From NCBI GenBank assembly GCA_026770705.1, contig JANJGN010000017.1, forward strand, positions 22,568,001 to 22,632,000: 64,000 nt of DNA, read 5' to 3'. The stretch's first letter is position 1, and the number at the start of each line of letters is the position of its first letter. The DNA comes from Isurus oxyrinchus (taxonomy: Eukaryota). Both the position numbers and the translations under genes were made by a program. Below, one piece after another: positions 1 through 13,169 of this stretch. Below the pieces are notes generated by a model. It made no database searches and was not told the origin of the DNA. It worked only from the letters and a program-made list of their open reading frames with translations.

Positions 1-1152
1 TAAGTATCACTTCAATAACTGAGTGCCCAGGTATGGTTTGAGGGAACTTGGACAAGGGCCCCGCAAGGCTGTGTGGCTCCATGCAGCTAATGGCTTTTTC
101 CCACTGCTTTTGTTAGAACAATACATTTCTATTATCAATATACGGAGAGATGAACCGGCAATATCTCATATACACATTTTGGTGATGAAATAGGACACAG
201 AAGCGTTGAAGGTATCAGTAACAAAATTTAAAAGGGAACAAGGTTAGAGAATTAGAGAAGATAAACAAGCAGGCGAATGGAGTTCACTTACAGATCAGTC
301 ACCAAATAATTGAATGGAAGAAAGGGCTGAATATATATAAACACAGTACTCCCTTGCATGCTGTGGGTGGAATGATTCTTTTCTTTGACTGACTCACAGT
401 GACTGAATCATCCAGCGAAAAGCCAATTAGCAAACCTGGAGGCCTTCCCTCTGCCAGTGGACATGCTTCTATCTGGGCTTCAGGTTCTGTTTCGAATCCC
501 ATGCACATTACGTTGTATTTAACAACATACTGATTCTGCCTTGACCCCTTTGTGGGCTTATCCCCTCCTTTACATTAGCCAAATGACAACATAGATTTGG
601 GCTATTAACAAGTTGTCTGGTGTCGTGGAGTGAGCACCTACAGAATGCCAGGGGTCAGTGCACCTCCAGACGGAGCACTTTCCTTGTCTCCACCTGTATC
701 CAGTTTTTACATTGAATTATATAGAATCTACATCACAGAAACAGGCCCCTCAGCCCAAGTGGTCCATGCTGGTATGGAGCCTCCTCCCACTCAACTTAAT
801 CTCACCATGTCACTATATTGTTCTATTTCTCTGCCCCTCCTGTGTTTATCCAACTTCCCTTAAATGCATCTATACTATTCACTTCAACCATTCCCTGTGC
901 CAGCGAGTTCCACATTCTCATTTTTCTCCTGAATTCCCGATTGGATTTATTAGTGACTATCTTATAACTTTAGCCCCTAGTTTTAGATTTCTCCCCAAGT
1001 GAAAACATCACCTATATGTTGACCTCATCAAACTTTTTCCATAATTTTAAAGACCTTTATCAGGCCTAGAGAAAAGAGCACCGGTCTGTTTAGTATTTCC
1101 TGATAGTTTTAATCTCTCAATTTATTGAACGGTTTTCAAATTCTCTCTGCAG

Positions 1153-1305
1153 ATGAGAACATTCGAAGATATTTGATGGGACCACCAGGACCTCCAGGAC
1201 CGCAAGGACCACCCGGGCGCCCAGGTTACGCAACGTTAGAAGGAACGACAAACATGCAGCTCAATTACGGAGACATTGCTACCCGTGTCCGAGATTACAT
1301 GAGGA
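1153..1305 (+). CDS. COL17A1: Collagen XVII-like internal exon A ([21 protein letters not shown]...IATRVRDYMR)
   Basis: ctgcAG acceptor, GTAAG donor, 153 nt, phase 1-1. Matches recalled human COL17A1 segment RQYLMGPRGPPGPPG...YAELSSRILSYM. Confidence 0.88.
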
Positions 1306-1314
1306 GTAAGTGTC

Positions 1315-2075
1315 AGGCGGACATGTGGCAGATAGAGGTCAATGTGGGAAAGTGGAAAGACAGTCACCTCAGGTCTGAGAAATGCAAATGGGAATATTTT
1401 GTAAATGATGAGAGACTTGGAGCTGTGGAAGGAAAAATGTATTTGGGTGCCCAAGTACAGATACTGCTGAAAGCTAGTGGATAGGTACAAAAAGCTATCA
1501 AAAGGCTCATGGAATGTTGGCCTATTTCTCATGAGGGCTGGAGCCCCAAGAAGAGGAAGTGATGTGACAGCTTTACAGAGCCCTGGTCAGACCACACCCG
1601 GCAGTAACTGTGTCCATTTCTGGAGCCCACACCTCTGGAAGGAGATATTGGCCTTAGAGCGGATGCAGGGTAGATTCGCCAGAATGATCCTGGGGCTAAA
1701 AGGATTCAGTTATGTGGAGAGGTTGCATAAACTAGGCTTGTATTCCCTTGAGTTTAGAAGATTAAGGGGTGATCTAATTGAGGTGTTTGTAATGATTAAA
1801 GGATTCAATAGGGTCGATAGAGAGAAATTATTTCCTTTGGTTGGGGGAGTCCTGAACAAGAAGGCAAAACCTTAACATTAAAGCCAGGCTGTTCAGGGTT
1901 GATGTCAGCAGGCAATTCCTCTCACTATACAGATTGGAAACCAGGAACTCCCCCAAAAAGCTGAGAATGCTGAGGGTCGACTGGAACTTTTAAGACCGAG
2001 ATTGATAGATTTTGGTTGAGAGTACTGAGGGAAATGTAGCAAAGGTGGGTAAATGGGGACAATCAGCTGCTCAGT
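1315..2075 (+). mobile_element. CR1 LINE 3' fragment
   Basis: ORF 1477..1875 with LGLYSLEFRRLRGDLIEVF, the CR1 ORF2 C-terminus. Confidence 0.85.
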
Positions 2076-2283
2076 GATGGTGAAGTGGACTCACTGGCCA
2101 TGCAGTGGGTTCAGGACAGGGAGATTCATTTTTCACCCAGGTTGACATTCCTGTCCTGAGCCTGTTTCTTGATGATGTGGAGATGACCTGCACTTTACCA
2201 AACTGTGGCATTGTGCCTTTGTAAACCAATACTGAGTGACAATGATGATTTAACGGCCCCTTTTATTTCTGCCTCCCTGCCAG

Positions 2284-2376
2284 GTTCAGGAATGAGTCTT
2301 GGGGTCCAAGGACCACCTGGTCCTCCTGGCTCACCAGGCTCTGTGTCCAGCAGTGAGTTAATGGCTCTTCTACAAA
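2284..2376 (+). CDS. COL17A1: Collagen XVII-like exon B ([30 protein letters not shown])
   Basis: cAG/GTAAG, 93 nt, phase 1-1. Resembles human [28 protein letters not shown]. Confidence 0.88.
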
Positions 2377-3250
2377 GTAAGTATCATCAGCCAGCAATGG
2401 AATTAAATGTACATCCTCAAACCCTCTCCCCCACCCACAATCACGCCCCTTCCCACAGCCGCAGCTCTCCAAATGTTCTGATATCAGGTAACATATGATA
2501 TAATATAATATAACATGTACTGTTAAGGGGTGTATCTTAAACTGCTGTCAATCACTACCACCTCAACAGGATATGATGTATCAGTCCCATGACTTGTACT
2601 CAGTCTACCAACAGCAGAAATAAGATTCAGATATGTACGATCCATAGTCTCCTAGTTAACTCCTTTTGTATATCGTCTTATCTTCAGATAAAGAACCCAC
2701 ATTATTGTTTTGCCAATCCTTGTGTGATTGGTACGTTTATATTGAAGAGAGGAACGTAATACACAAATGCGGCAGTCCACACACCAGCTCTCCACATCTT
2801 TCTGACCTGGAGACACAGCTGCTAATTGACCTGGGCTGACACCTTTGTTTTTATTCTTTCACGGGATGTGGGCATCGTTGGCTGGGCCAGCATTTATAGC
2901 CCATCCCTAATTGCCCTCGAAGGTGTTGGTGAGCTACCTTCTTGAACTGCTGCAGTCCATATGGTGTAGGTACACTCACAGTGCTGTGAGGGAGGGAGTT
3001 CGAAGGATTTTGACCCAGCGACATTGAAGGAATGGTCATATATTTCCAGTTGAGGATGGTGAATGACTTGGAGGGGAACTTAGTGTTCCCATGTGTTTGC
3101 TGCTCTTGTCCTTCTATGGTAAAGGTCGCATGTTTGAAAGATGCTGTTGACCTAATTCCTCTAATACTCACTGTGTAGGAACAATTTTTCTAACTGTTCT
3201 TATTGTGTTTTCTGCACGTTCTGAACAAACTCTCATTTTATTTAATTTAG

Positions 3251-3379
3251 CCTCTTCCTTTCGGAGAATTCTCGGTCAACCTGGCCCTCCTGGGCCACGG
3301 GGTCTGCCAGGACCGGTTGGACCTCCTGGTCTCGGAGGTGGAAACTTCCGCATTGAAGATGTTGTTTCCCACATTCAAT
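3251..3379 (+). CDS. COL17A1: Collagen XVII-like exon C (SSFRRILGQPGPPGPRGLPGPVGPPG...RIEDVVSHIQ)
   Basis: tttAG/GTAATT, 129 nt, phase 1-1. Resembles human SEFRGIVGPPGPPG...SVEDLSSYL. Confidence 0.85.
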
Positions 3380-3682
3380 GTAATTTCATTTCTTATATTT
3401 TTAATGAACGTTTTCTCCAATTCTGGTTATGGTGCCCTCCAATTTTGATCAACCAGCTAACCCTCAATGCCCAGATGTGCAGGTGAAGAATTGGGACTTG
3501 AGTGAGGTGAGATAGGGACATGGTGCCCTGAGCTCTACTGCAGTAAGAATCTGAGGCTTCAGAACCAGTTGTTTTGGGGTAAATGGCAGTGGGCATCGGG
3601 AGGAGGGCAGGAGCAATGTCACTGTGGAGTAACACTGTGAGATGCCTCTGGATGTTCCTGAGTCTGCGGGAAACTGATTGAT

Positions 3683-3811
3683 TGATTGGTGCCTGTGTGC
3701 ATTGCTGTTTGTGTGTGCTGTAAACTGATTGGTGCCTGTGTGCAGTGCTGTTTGTGTGTGCTGTAAACTGATTGGTGCCTGTGTGCAGTGCTGTTTGTGT
3801 GTGCTGTAAAC
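3683..3811. repeat. 43-bp tandem repeat, 3 copies
   Basis: CTGATTGGTGCCTGTGTGCAGTGCTGTTTGTGTGTGCTGTAAA repeated. Confidence 0.9.
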
Positions 3812-3916
3812 TCCTCAGCATTAGGGTGCTAGCAGTGGCTCTGAGCATTCTCACTGCTCCATCACCATTGTATTAGTCCAGTGTCACCACTAATCACAAT
3901 GCCTTTGTGCTTCTAG

Positions 3917-4042
3917 CTTCTGGTTATAGTATTGCAGGCCCTCAAGGGCCCCCAGGACCACCGGGACCACCAGGAACCGGAGGCGGTTTATATCCTGAAG
4001 ATCGGCAACGACTCAAGACTGAGATTATCGATTATTTCTCAA
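3917..4042 (+). CDS. COL17A1: Collagen XVII-like exon D ([19 protein letters not shown]...RLKTEIIDYFS)
   Basis: ctAG/GTAAG, 126 nt, phase 1-1. Not in the ORF track, read by eye. Resembles human ...SFRSELISYLT. Confidence 0.87.
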
Positions 4043-4064
4043 GTAAGTGTCAATTTCAATCCCT

Positions 4065-4285
4065 AAAATAAAAGCAAATACTGAGGATGATGGAAATCTG
4101 AAATAAAAACAGAATGCTTGAAAAACTCAGCAGGTCTGGCAGCATCTGTGGGGAGAGAAACAGAGTTAACATTTTGAGTCCAGTATGACTTCTTAACAGG
4201 CATAAAGACTTGAAACATTAACTCTGTTTCTCTCTCCGTAGATGCTGCCAGACCTGCTGAGTTTTTATAGCATTTTCTGTTATTT
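4065..4285. mobile_element. Penelope-derived inverted-repeat element
   Basis: CTCAGCAGGTCTGGCAGCATCTG arm and its reverse complement. Same family at ~24290-24445, 40885-41000, 52960-53060 and 56243-56463. Confidence 0.7.
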
Positions 4286-5283
4286 AATCTTAGTCCTACT
4301 TGATAAGATTTAAATTTTATTTTGAACATTCACATCCTGAACTTGCTGAGGCTGAGGACTCTGAGAATTCCCCTCTGGTCAGATCCATTACTGAGCCTGT
4401 GGGATCCGATGGGAATGCTGCATAGGAACGCCTTTTGTCAGGGCTAATGGTCTATCCTGAGCCTCTGATGAGAATGTTCAGAGGAATGGGACTGAGAGGC
4501 CATTCTGACTGTATCAGTTTACATTGTATGCTGATAATTCTCATATTCTCTCCTGTCCATACTGTTTATCCTGGGGATATCTCTGTGAGACTGTGCACGG
4601 CACTGTGTGATGGAGCCCATTCTTTGCTACCTTCTTTATTCTGTCCCTTTGTGGGTCTGTGTTGAATTTAAATGGGATATTATCATATATCCTTTACTGT
4701 TACAAGTTCGAAAACTAGGTAACACTGGTAATGTCTGATTAATACTCTTGTGATAAATCAAGCCAGTTAAATAATAAAACACAGCCCTTTACATGCAATG
4801 TAGATGAGAAATAGATCTTATGTATCAAGGACACCTTCAGGAAATGCAGGCATTTTGATCTTGACTGCTTATGTATTTAGAATGACAAGGGCAGCAGGTA
4901 GATGGGAACACCATCATCTGGAAGTTCCCCTCCAAGACACTCACCATCCTGACTTGGAAATATATCACCAATCCTTCACTGTCGCTGGGTCAAAATCCTG
5001 GAACTGCCTCCCACAGCACTGTGGGTGTACCTACACCACATAGACTGCAGCGGTTCAAGAAGGCGGCTCACTGCCACTCTCTCGAGAACAGTTAGGGATG
5101 GGCAATAAATGCTGGCCTAGCCTGCGATGCCCACATTCTGTGAATGAATAAAAAAAAGTGCTGGCCTCAACAAAACCAGTTGCAAGTTCTCCAGAGTCTC
5201 TCCGGGCTGTAACACTCAGTTGGATGATATGGCCCATACTCCTGTCTATAGATGGTTGCTAACTGAATCTGTCTGTTCTCCAG

Positions 5284-5388
5284 GTGATAGAATGAGACCA
5301 TACATCACTGGACCAGCAGGACCTCCAGGACCCCCTGGCCACATTGTATATTCTGAAGTAGCTCCACGACTCGCTCAATATATGAAAG
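5284..5388 (+). CDS. COL17A1: Collagen XVII-like exon E (DRMRPYITGPAGPPGPPGHIVYSEVAPRLAQYMK); last exon seen with Gly-X-Y
   Basis: cAG/GTAGG, 105 nt, phase 1-1. Resembles human PDVRSFIVGPPGPPG...YNELAVRVSESM without the long Gly/Ser insert. Confidence 0.85.
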
Positions 5389-6258
5389 GTAGGTCATTAA
5401 TACAGAATCAGATTGATATCATTACCAGCGCATGCATACAAACATAAAATTAGGAGCAGGAGTAGGCTATTCGGCCCATCGAGCCTCCTCTGCCATTTGA
5501 TAAAATCATGGCTGATCTGATTGTGACCTCAACTCCACATTCTTCTCTACCCCAATACCCCTTGACTTCCTTGTCAATCAAAAATCTATCTAACTCAGCC
5601 TTAAAAATATTGAATGACCATTCCCAAACTGCTCTCAGGGGAACAGAATTCCACATTCCAATGACCTTTAGAGAGAGAAAATTTCTCCTCCGTCTTAAAT
5701 GAGAGACCCCTTAATTTTAAACTCTGTCCCCAAGTTCTAGTCTCTCCCACGAGGGGGAAACATCCCCTCAGCATCCATCCTGTTAAAGCCCCTCAAGATC
5801 TTGTATGTTTCAATAAGATCCCCTCTCATTCTTCTAAACTCCAATGGATACAGGCCCAAACTGTTCCATCGTTCCTCATAAAATAACCCCTTCAAGCCAG
5901 GAATGATTCAAGTGAACCTTCTTTGCAATGCTTCCAATGCAGTAAATAAAGAGACCAACACTATACATAGTACTCGAGATGTGGTCTCACCAGTGTCCTA
6001 TACAACTGTAGCAAAATTTCCCTATTTTTATATTCTGTTCTTCTTGCAATAAATGACAACATTCCATTTGCTCCCTTAATCACTTGCTGCACCAGCATAC
6101 TAACTTTTTGTGATTCATGTACCAAAACACCCAGGTCCCTCTGTACCACAGACTTTTGCAATTTTTCTCCATTTAAATAATATGCTGCCCAAAGTGAACA
6201 AATTCACATTTTCCCATATTATTCCCCATCTGCCAGTTCTTTGCCTACTCACTTAACC

Positions 6259-6934
6259 GGGCAGAATTTTGCCCTCGTCAGTCGGGCTTGGAGGGGGTGA
6301 GCGGGAGTGGTCGGGAAACTGACTACTGCCCGCGATCGGGGCTGACTGCAATTTCATGCTGGTAGGCCAATTAAGGCCCGCCCAGTGTGAAACACATGCT
6401 GCAGCGCTGAGTGCTGCTTGTGTTGGAGGGGGGGGAGGGCAAGCGCGCAAGTTCACGGGGTGCACACGTGTGCATGCAGGAAAGGGTCCCTGAGGTTTAG
6501 AGCTGCCTTGGGGAGTTGAAGATTTAAAAAATTAAAAATAAACAATTTTGAAATGTTAAAAAGCATGTTTCCTCATGTGACTCTGTCACATGGGCAGGAG
6601 AATGTTATAAATGAAATATAAACATTTTTATTTGCCGTTGGCGACCTCATCTCGCCCGTGGGTGAGGTTTCCTAAAAAAATCCAAAGGCTGCTTGGCCTT
6701 TTCGCCTGCTCGCCAACTGTAAGGTTGGATGGGCAACGAAAAATTATTACTTTAATGGCCTTAATAGGCCTTTTAATTGTCAGCAGGCCGCTGCTGACTC
6801 CTATGCATGTCCATCGACCAAAATATCACATGAGTGCATGATGATGTCAGGATGCTCGCCCGACATCATCACGCATCTTTTTATGTTCATTCGGGTCAGG
6901 TGCTTAACCCCCCAACAAGCAGAAATTCTGGCCC
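6259..6934. mobile_element. Non-autonomous DNA-transposon-like (MITE) insertion within the CR1
   Basis: Imperfect terminal inverted repeats GGGCAGAATTT / AAATTCTGGCCC and an internal palindrome CATGTGAC-TCT-GTCACATG. It interrupts CR1 sequence. Confidence 0.6.
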
Positions 6935-9834
6935 TTAGGTCTTCCTCACAATTTACTTATCTACCTATCTTGGTGTCATCAGCAAATTTAGCAATGATAC
7001 ATTCAGTGCTTGCATCCAAGTCATTTTTATAGATAGTAGATAATTGACGAGTGGGAGAATTTCTTGGTCAGCCATACAGCAGAACGTATCAGCAAACCAC
7101 TGTTGTACTTTGCCAAGCATAATCAAGGACCAATCCAATGGAAGTCCATGGTCACCAAGACATGGTACTGGAGGAGGAGCCCCAGCACCGATCCCTGTGG
7201 CAATCCATTGGTTACAGCTTACCATCCCAAAAATGACCCATTTATCCCTACTCTCTGCATCTTGTTAACCAGCCAATCCTCTATCATGATATGTTATCCC
7301 CTACTCTATGAGCTATTATTTTGTGTAGTAACCTTTAATGTGGCACCTTATGAACCACATGTGCCATTTCCCCTTTATCCACGTTACTTGTTACTTTGAC
7401 AAAGAACTATAATAAATTAACCTAACATGATTTCCCTTTCAAAAAACCATGTTGACATTGCATAATTGCAGTAAGATTTTCTAAGCTTTCTGCTATAACC
7501 TCCTTAATAATAGATTCTAGCATTTTCCCTATTTCAGATATTAGGCTAACTGGCCTGTAGTTTCCTGCTTTCTGTCTCCCTCCTTTCTTGAATAGAACAT
7601 TGAATTTGCTATTTTCCAATCTGATGGGACCTTTCCAAAATCTAGGGCATTTTGGAAAATTACAACCAATGCATCTAATATCTCAGCAGCCACTTTGTTT
7701 AAGATCTTAGGATGAAGTCCATCAGGTCCTGGTGACTTGTCAGCCTTCTGTTCCAATAGTTTTCTCAGTATCTTTTCCCTGGTGATTGTAATTGTTTTAA
7801 GTTCCTCCCTCCCTTTCATCTCTTGATTTACAAGTATCTCTGGGATATTATTTGTGTCTGTTCAACGCTTCTACCATTTCCTTATTTTCCATTATTAATT
7901 CCCCACTCTCACACTCTAGTTACTCTTTTCCTTTGTAAATATTTGTAGAAGCTTTTACTATCTACTATTATATTCCTAGTTAGCTGTCTCTCATACTATA
8001 ATTTCTCCCACCTTTTTTTGTCTTTTTTTGCTGTTTTAAAATCTGTCCAACCTTTTGACCTATCACTAATCTTCGCTGAATGATACGCTTTTTCTTTTAA
8101 TTTTAAACTATCTTTAACCTCCTTAGTTAGCCATGAATGGTGTATCCTTCTCCTAAGAGTCTTTCCTTCTCACTGGAATATATTTTGCTGAATGTTGTTA
8201 AATATCTCCTTAAACGTTTGCCACTGCATTTCTACTGACTTATCCTTAACCTATTTTCCCATCTCACTTTTTAGCCAGCTACGTCTTCATACAGTTGTAA
8301 TTGCCTTTATTTAAGTTTAAAACACTAGTCTTAGACACAGTCATCTCTTCCTCAAACTGAATGTGAAATTTAATCATGTTATGATCACTGCTATCTGGAG
8401 GCTCCTTTAATATGAGGCCATTAATTACTCTTGCCTTATTGAATACTACCAGGTCTAGAATAGGCTACTCTCTGGCTCTAGAATGTGCTGCTGTAAGATA
8501 TTGTCCCGAAAACACTCTATGCACTGATCTTCCAGTCTAACTTTGCCAATCTGATTCATCCAATCTATATGTAGATTAAAATCACTCATAATTATTGCCA
8601 TCCCTTTCTCATAAAGCCCCATTATTTCTTCCTGTGTACCCCATCCTACAACGTCATTACTGTTAGGAGACCTATAAACTATTCCCAGAATTGACTACCC
8701 AAATTGATTTTACACCTTGATCTCTAGAACTAAGGTCATCTCTCACTAGTGCATTAAAGTCATGCTTTAATTAACAGAATACCCCCACCAAACTTTCCTA
8801 GTTTCCTGTCCTTCTGAAATGTCAAGTACCTTTGAATATTCAGGTCCCAGCATTGGTCACCTTGCAGCCATGTAGAGTCATAGTCATAGTTATACTGCAC
8901 AGAAACAGGCCCTCAGCCCATCATGTATGTGCCAGCCATCAAACACCTATCTATTCTAATCCCATTTTCCAGCACTTGGCCCGTAGCCCTGTATGCTATG
9001 GCATTTCAAGTGCTCATCTACGTCTCAGTAAAAGCTATCAGGTCATACACATTCATTTCCATTTGAGCTGACAATTCATCTGCTCAGTTACATATGCTAT
9101 GAGCAGCCAGATACTGAGCCTTTAGGTCGGTCTTTTCACTATGTTTGCAAATTCTGGCCTTATCTGCTGTCGCACTCTTTGGTTTGTATGCTCTGTCCCT
9201 TCCTGCCACACTCAGATTATCATTTCCCTTATTGCTACCTTGCTCTCTTCCTTTAATTTATCACATCTTCCCTCACATGATCACTCACCCCACTATTTAA
9301 CTTAAAGCCCTCTCTACCGCCCTAGTTTTACGGCTGCTGGAACATTGGTCCATGAATGGTTCAGGTGTAGACTGGCCCAATAATACATCTTCCACTTTCC
9401 CCAGTACTGGTGTCATTTCTCCCACACCAATCTTTGAGCCATGCATTGAACTCCCTGTGTTGTCACTTTTTCACTGTCACTGGGTCGAAACCCTGGAACT
9501 CCCTTCCTAAAAGCACTGTGAGTGTACCTACACCACATGGAATGCAACAGTTCAAGAAGGCATCTCACCACCACCTTCTCACCACCACCTTCTCAAGGGC
9601 AATTAGAGATGAGCAATAAATGCTGGCCCAGCCAACATCACCCACGTTCTGTGAATGATTTTTAAAATGTTTTTAACCCTAAACCAATTTTCTTGTGGCT
9701 TAGGTAATAATCGAGAGATTATTACCTTTGAGGTCCTACTTTTTAATTTAGCCCCTAGCTGCTCATATTCCCTGCGCAGAACCTCTTTCCTATGTCATTG
9801 GTACACAGGTGGGCTACAACAAATGGAACATCTA

Positions 9835-10200
9835 CAGTGGTGTAATGGTATTGTCGCTGGACTGGTAATCCAGAGACCTGGGGTAATGCACTGGGGACCT
9901 GGGTTTGAATCCTGCCATAGCAGATGGTAGAATTTGAATTCAATAAAAAATTTGGAATAAAAGTCTAATGATGACCATGAAACTACTGTTGATTGTTGTA
10001 AAAACGCATCTAGTTCACTAATGTCCTTTAGGGAAGGAAATCTGCTATCCTTACCTGGTCTGGCCTAAATGTGACTCTAGACCCACAGCAATGTGGTTGA
10101 CTCTTAAAAAAAATGCCCTCTGAACAAGGGCAATTAGGGATAGGCAATAAATGCTGGCCTAGACAGTGACACCCACATCCCATGAACAGCTTAAAAAAAA
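9835..10200 (+). mobile_element. tRNA-derived SINE
   Basis: A box TGGTGTAATGG, B box GGTTTGAATCC, 3' tail shared with the LINE at 16250-18660. Minus-strand copies at ~18670-18932, 25560-25910 and 47135-47437. Confidence 0.8.
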
Positions 10201-11001
10201 GATGCCCCATACCCTGATATCAGGCAGACAACACAGCCATCTGGACTCACACTCTCTTCCACTACTACAACTGCATTCCTATTTGCTTGAATGGCTTGCT
10301 GTACCACTTATCCACCTTGCAGCCCCTGCTCACATCCATACAAGCTGCAAGATACTTGAACCTGGTGCACAATTGCTAGGATTGAGCCTCCTCCACTTCT
10401 ACCTCCTGGGTGCCCATATCTGCTTCACTTGCAGCCATACCTTTATGTCCCTGACCATGGACCAGATCAGAAGACCCTAGTCTAAGGGTGTGAAAGTCTT
10501 CTGAAACAAATTGTCCAAGTAACTTGCCCCCTCCCTAATGCATCGCGGTGTCTGCAGCTCAGCCTCCAGCTGAATGACTCGGAGCTGAAGTACCTAAAGC
10601 TGCAAACGTTGTTGCCCTGGATCACATTGACAGCCAGCTCCCAGATACTGCAGCCACACACATCATCTGCCCTGCCATCTTTATTATGTCTTAATTAGCT
10701 AATAAATTATTTATTTTCTTAATTTTTAAAATTAATATGTCTAGACTTATTCATGCTTATGGTCTTCCGTTTTTGTATTCATTCATGGGATGTGGATGTC
10801 ACTGGCTAGGCCAGCATTATTGCCCATCCCTAAATGCCCTTGAGAAGATTAATTTCAATAAATGCTCTACTTACCCCAACTGAAGTTCCCTAGTTAGATA
10901 TGATATATAGGATATACTCACCAGCCAATCACCTGTTTCCCTGCAATGTCACACCTCGATTCATGTTTCTGAAAGTGGCTCTCACTGTCCACAGGTGGTG
11001 A

Positions 11002-11960
11002 ACCCTGTTCTTCTCCAAACTCTCACCACTTTTATATCCCCCATTCCTCTCCAAACTCTCACCGCTTTTATATCCCCCATTCCTCTCCAAACTCTCACCG
11101 CTTTTATATCCCCCATTCCTCTCCAAACTCTCACCGCTTTTATATCCCCCATTCCTCTCCAAACTCTCACTGCTTTTATATCTCTCATTCCTCTCCAAAC
11201 TCTCACTGCTTTTATATCCCTGTACCTCTCTAAACTCTCACCGCTTTTATATCCCCCATTCCTCTCCAAACTCTCACCGCCTTTATATCTCCCATTCCTC
11301 TCCAAACTCTCACCGCTTTTATATCTCTCATTCCTCTCCAAACTCTCACTGCTTTTATATCCCCCATTCCTCTCCAAACTCTCACCGCTTTTATATCTCT
11401 CATTCCTCTCCAAACTCTCACTGCTTTTATATCCCTGTACCTCTCTAAACTCTCACCGCTTTTATATCCCCCATTCCTCTCCAAACTCTCACCGCTTTTA
11501 TATCTCTCATTCCTCTCCAAACTCTCACTGCTTTTATATCCCTGTACCTCTCTAAACTCTCACCGCTTTTATATCCCTGTTCCTCTCCAAACTCTCACCG
11601 CTTTTATATCCCCCATTCCTCTCCAAACTCTCACCGCTTTTATATCCCCTGTTCTTCTCCAAACTCTCACCGCTTTTATATACCCCATTCCTCTTCAAAC
11701 TCTCACCGCTTTTATATCCCCATTCCTCTCCAAACTCTCACCGCTTTTATATCCCACATTCCTCTCCAAACTCTCACCGCTTTTATATACCCCATTCATC
11801 TCCAAACTCTCACCGCTTTTATATCCCGCATTCCTCTGCAAACTCTCACCGCTGTTATATCCCCCACTCCTCTCTAAATTCTCACCGCTTTTATATCCCC
11901 CATTCCTCTCCAAACTCTCACCACTTTTATATCCCCCATTCCTCTCCAAACTATCACTAC
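11002..11960. repeat. 36-bp minisatellite, about 27 copies
   Basis: Unit CCCCCATTCCTCTCCAAACTCTCACCGCTTTTATAT, with a 35-bp variant. Confidence 0.95.
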
Positions 11961-12492
11961 ATTTTTGGCCCCATGTGATATCCATATGAGACCATACTTG
12001 ATCCCTGTCTGGTCATAAAATGTCCAAATGTTTATTTTTTTATTTGTTCAAATGATGGCCAGAAGCATAAAGATTGAGCAAAGTATATTCTATCCAATCA
12101 TTTCTTAATCATTGACAAATCCACAGGGGGGCAATTATCCTTCATAAAAATATATAATTAGTGTACAATCTCGAGCAGATCAAGAATAGTAATCCCTTTG
12201 GCTGATGAAGAATTCCAACTTCACCTTGACTTGTTCGAGAATCAATTTTCAATCTCTTTGAAGGAAGACATTTTCAGGGGAAGGTTACAGCATTATACAT
12301 ACAGGGAGCTACACACAATTCACAATGTGTACAGCAGGGAATCTCGCTCTCTCTAAACTATCCCCTTTTGTTAATGAATGAAATTAAATGAACCACTTTG
12401 CTCTTGGGATCAGCGTCTGATCTTTGCAAGTGAATCAGCCGAAATCACCCACTGCAAAACCACATTTTCTGACATTGGACTTGTTGTTTCAG

Positions 12493-12606
12493 ATACTGGG
12501 CTGATTGATACCCGCACCATCACCACTTTGGGTCCTGGACATCGCAGAGTGTTCTGGCAAGATGGAACAAGTAGAAATGACACAGAGTTGGAGGAGCACA
12601 TGAGGG
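12493..12606 (+). CDS. Non-collagenous exon F of the COL17-like gene (DTGLIDTRTITTLGPGHRRVFWQDGTSRNDTELEEHMR)
   Basis: tttcAG/GTAGG, 114 nt, phase 1-1, open frame. Shares the WQDGT..ELEE motif with exon J. Confidence 0.75.
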
Positions 12607-13034
12607 GTAGGACCATGAATTAGCACTGGTATAGTGTGTGTATGTTTATTTCCCAATCCTTTAATCTCATTGGTTAAGGAGAGAGACTGTTTATCCTGTT
12701 TTTCACCCAGCCCCCAGATGTCCCTTGCTGTCCTCGCTGCCTCGCTATCAGCTCACATTCCAGCAACTTTGTGGGCCACATTTTTAAAAACAGATGCATG
12801 TAATTGTTAGCCTGATTAAAGGAGAACATTATGAGATGCCCCTTTCTAGCAAAATTAGGATGCTTGGTCACACTGTCTACATCCCTTGTGTCTCACTGAT
12901 GCTGCTGTGACACAGGACAAACATTGATATAGACAAGCGATCACCTGCACCTTTTTTATAAATCAGGTCATCATCCAATTTACCACAGCAATGGGACAAT
13001 ATCTGGTAAATGCTTTTCATCATTGCCTCTCTAG

Positions 13035-13169
13035 ATAATGGATGGACTGGACACACGTCACACAGTTCATCCCGACACTCATCAAAACCTGGGGAATCTG
13101 GCAGTTTTGTGTTTGACTGGGAGAAAGCGTTCAACGGGAACAGGACAGCATATGAGGAATACCTGCGAG
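13035..13169 (+). CDS. Non-collagenous exon G (DNGWTGHTSHSSSRHSSKPGESGSFVFDWEKAFNGNRTAYEEYLR)
   Basis: ctctAG/GTGAG, 135 nt, phase 1-1. Paralogous to exon H. Confidence 0.8.

Larger units (their letters stand above)
5445..10950 (-). mobile_element. Near full-length degraded CR1 LINE with nested insertions
   Basis: ORF2 remnants (KSPGPDGLHPKIL, GNYRPVSL, QRDLGVLV) and an ORF1 esterase-like remnant (TNDIGK near 9800), in collinear order. Confidence 0.8.

Noticed and set aside
9835-9915. tRNA-like sequence
   Set aside because: It is a SINE head, followed by the SINE body and LINE-derived tail, with several dispersed copies in the window.
10929-11985. ERNGGYKSGESL repeat ORFs
   Set aside because: Artefact of the 36-bp minisatellite, with frameshifting 35-bp variants and no splice context.
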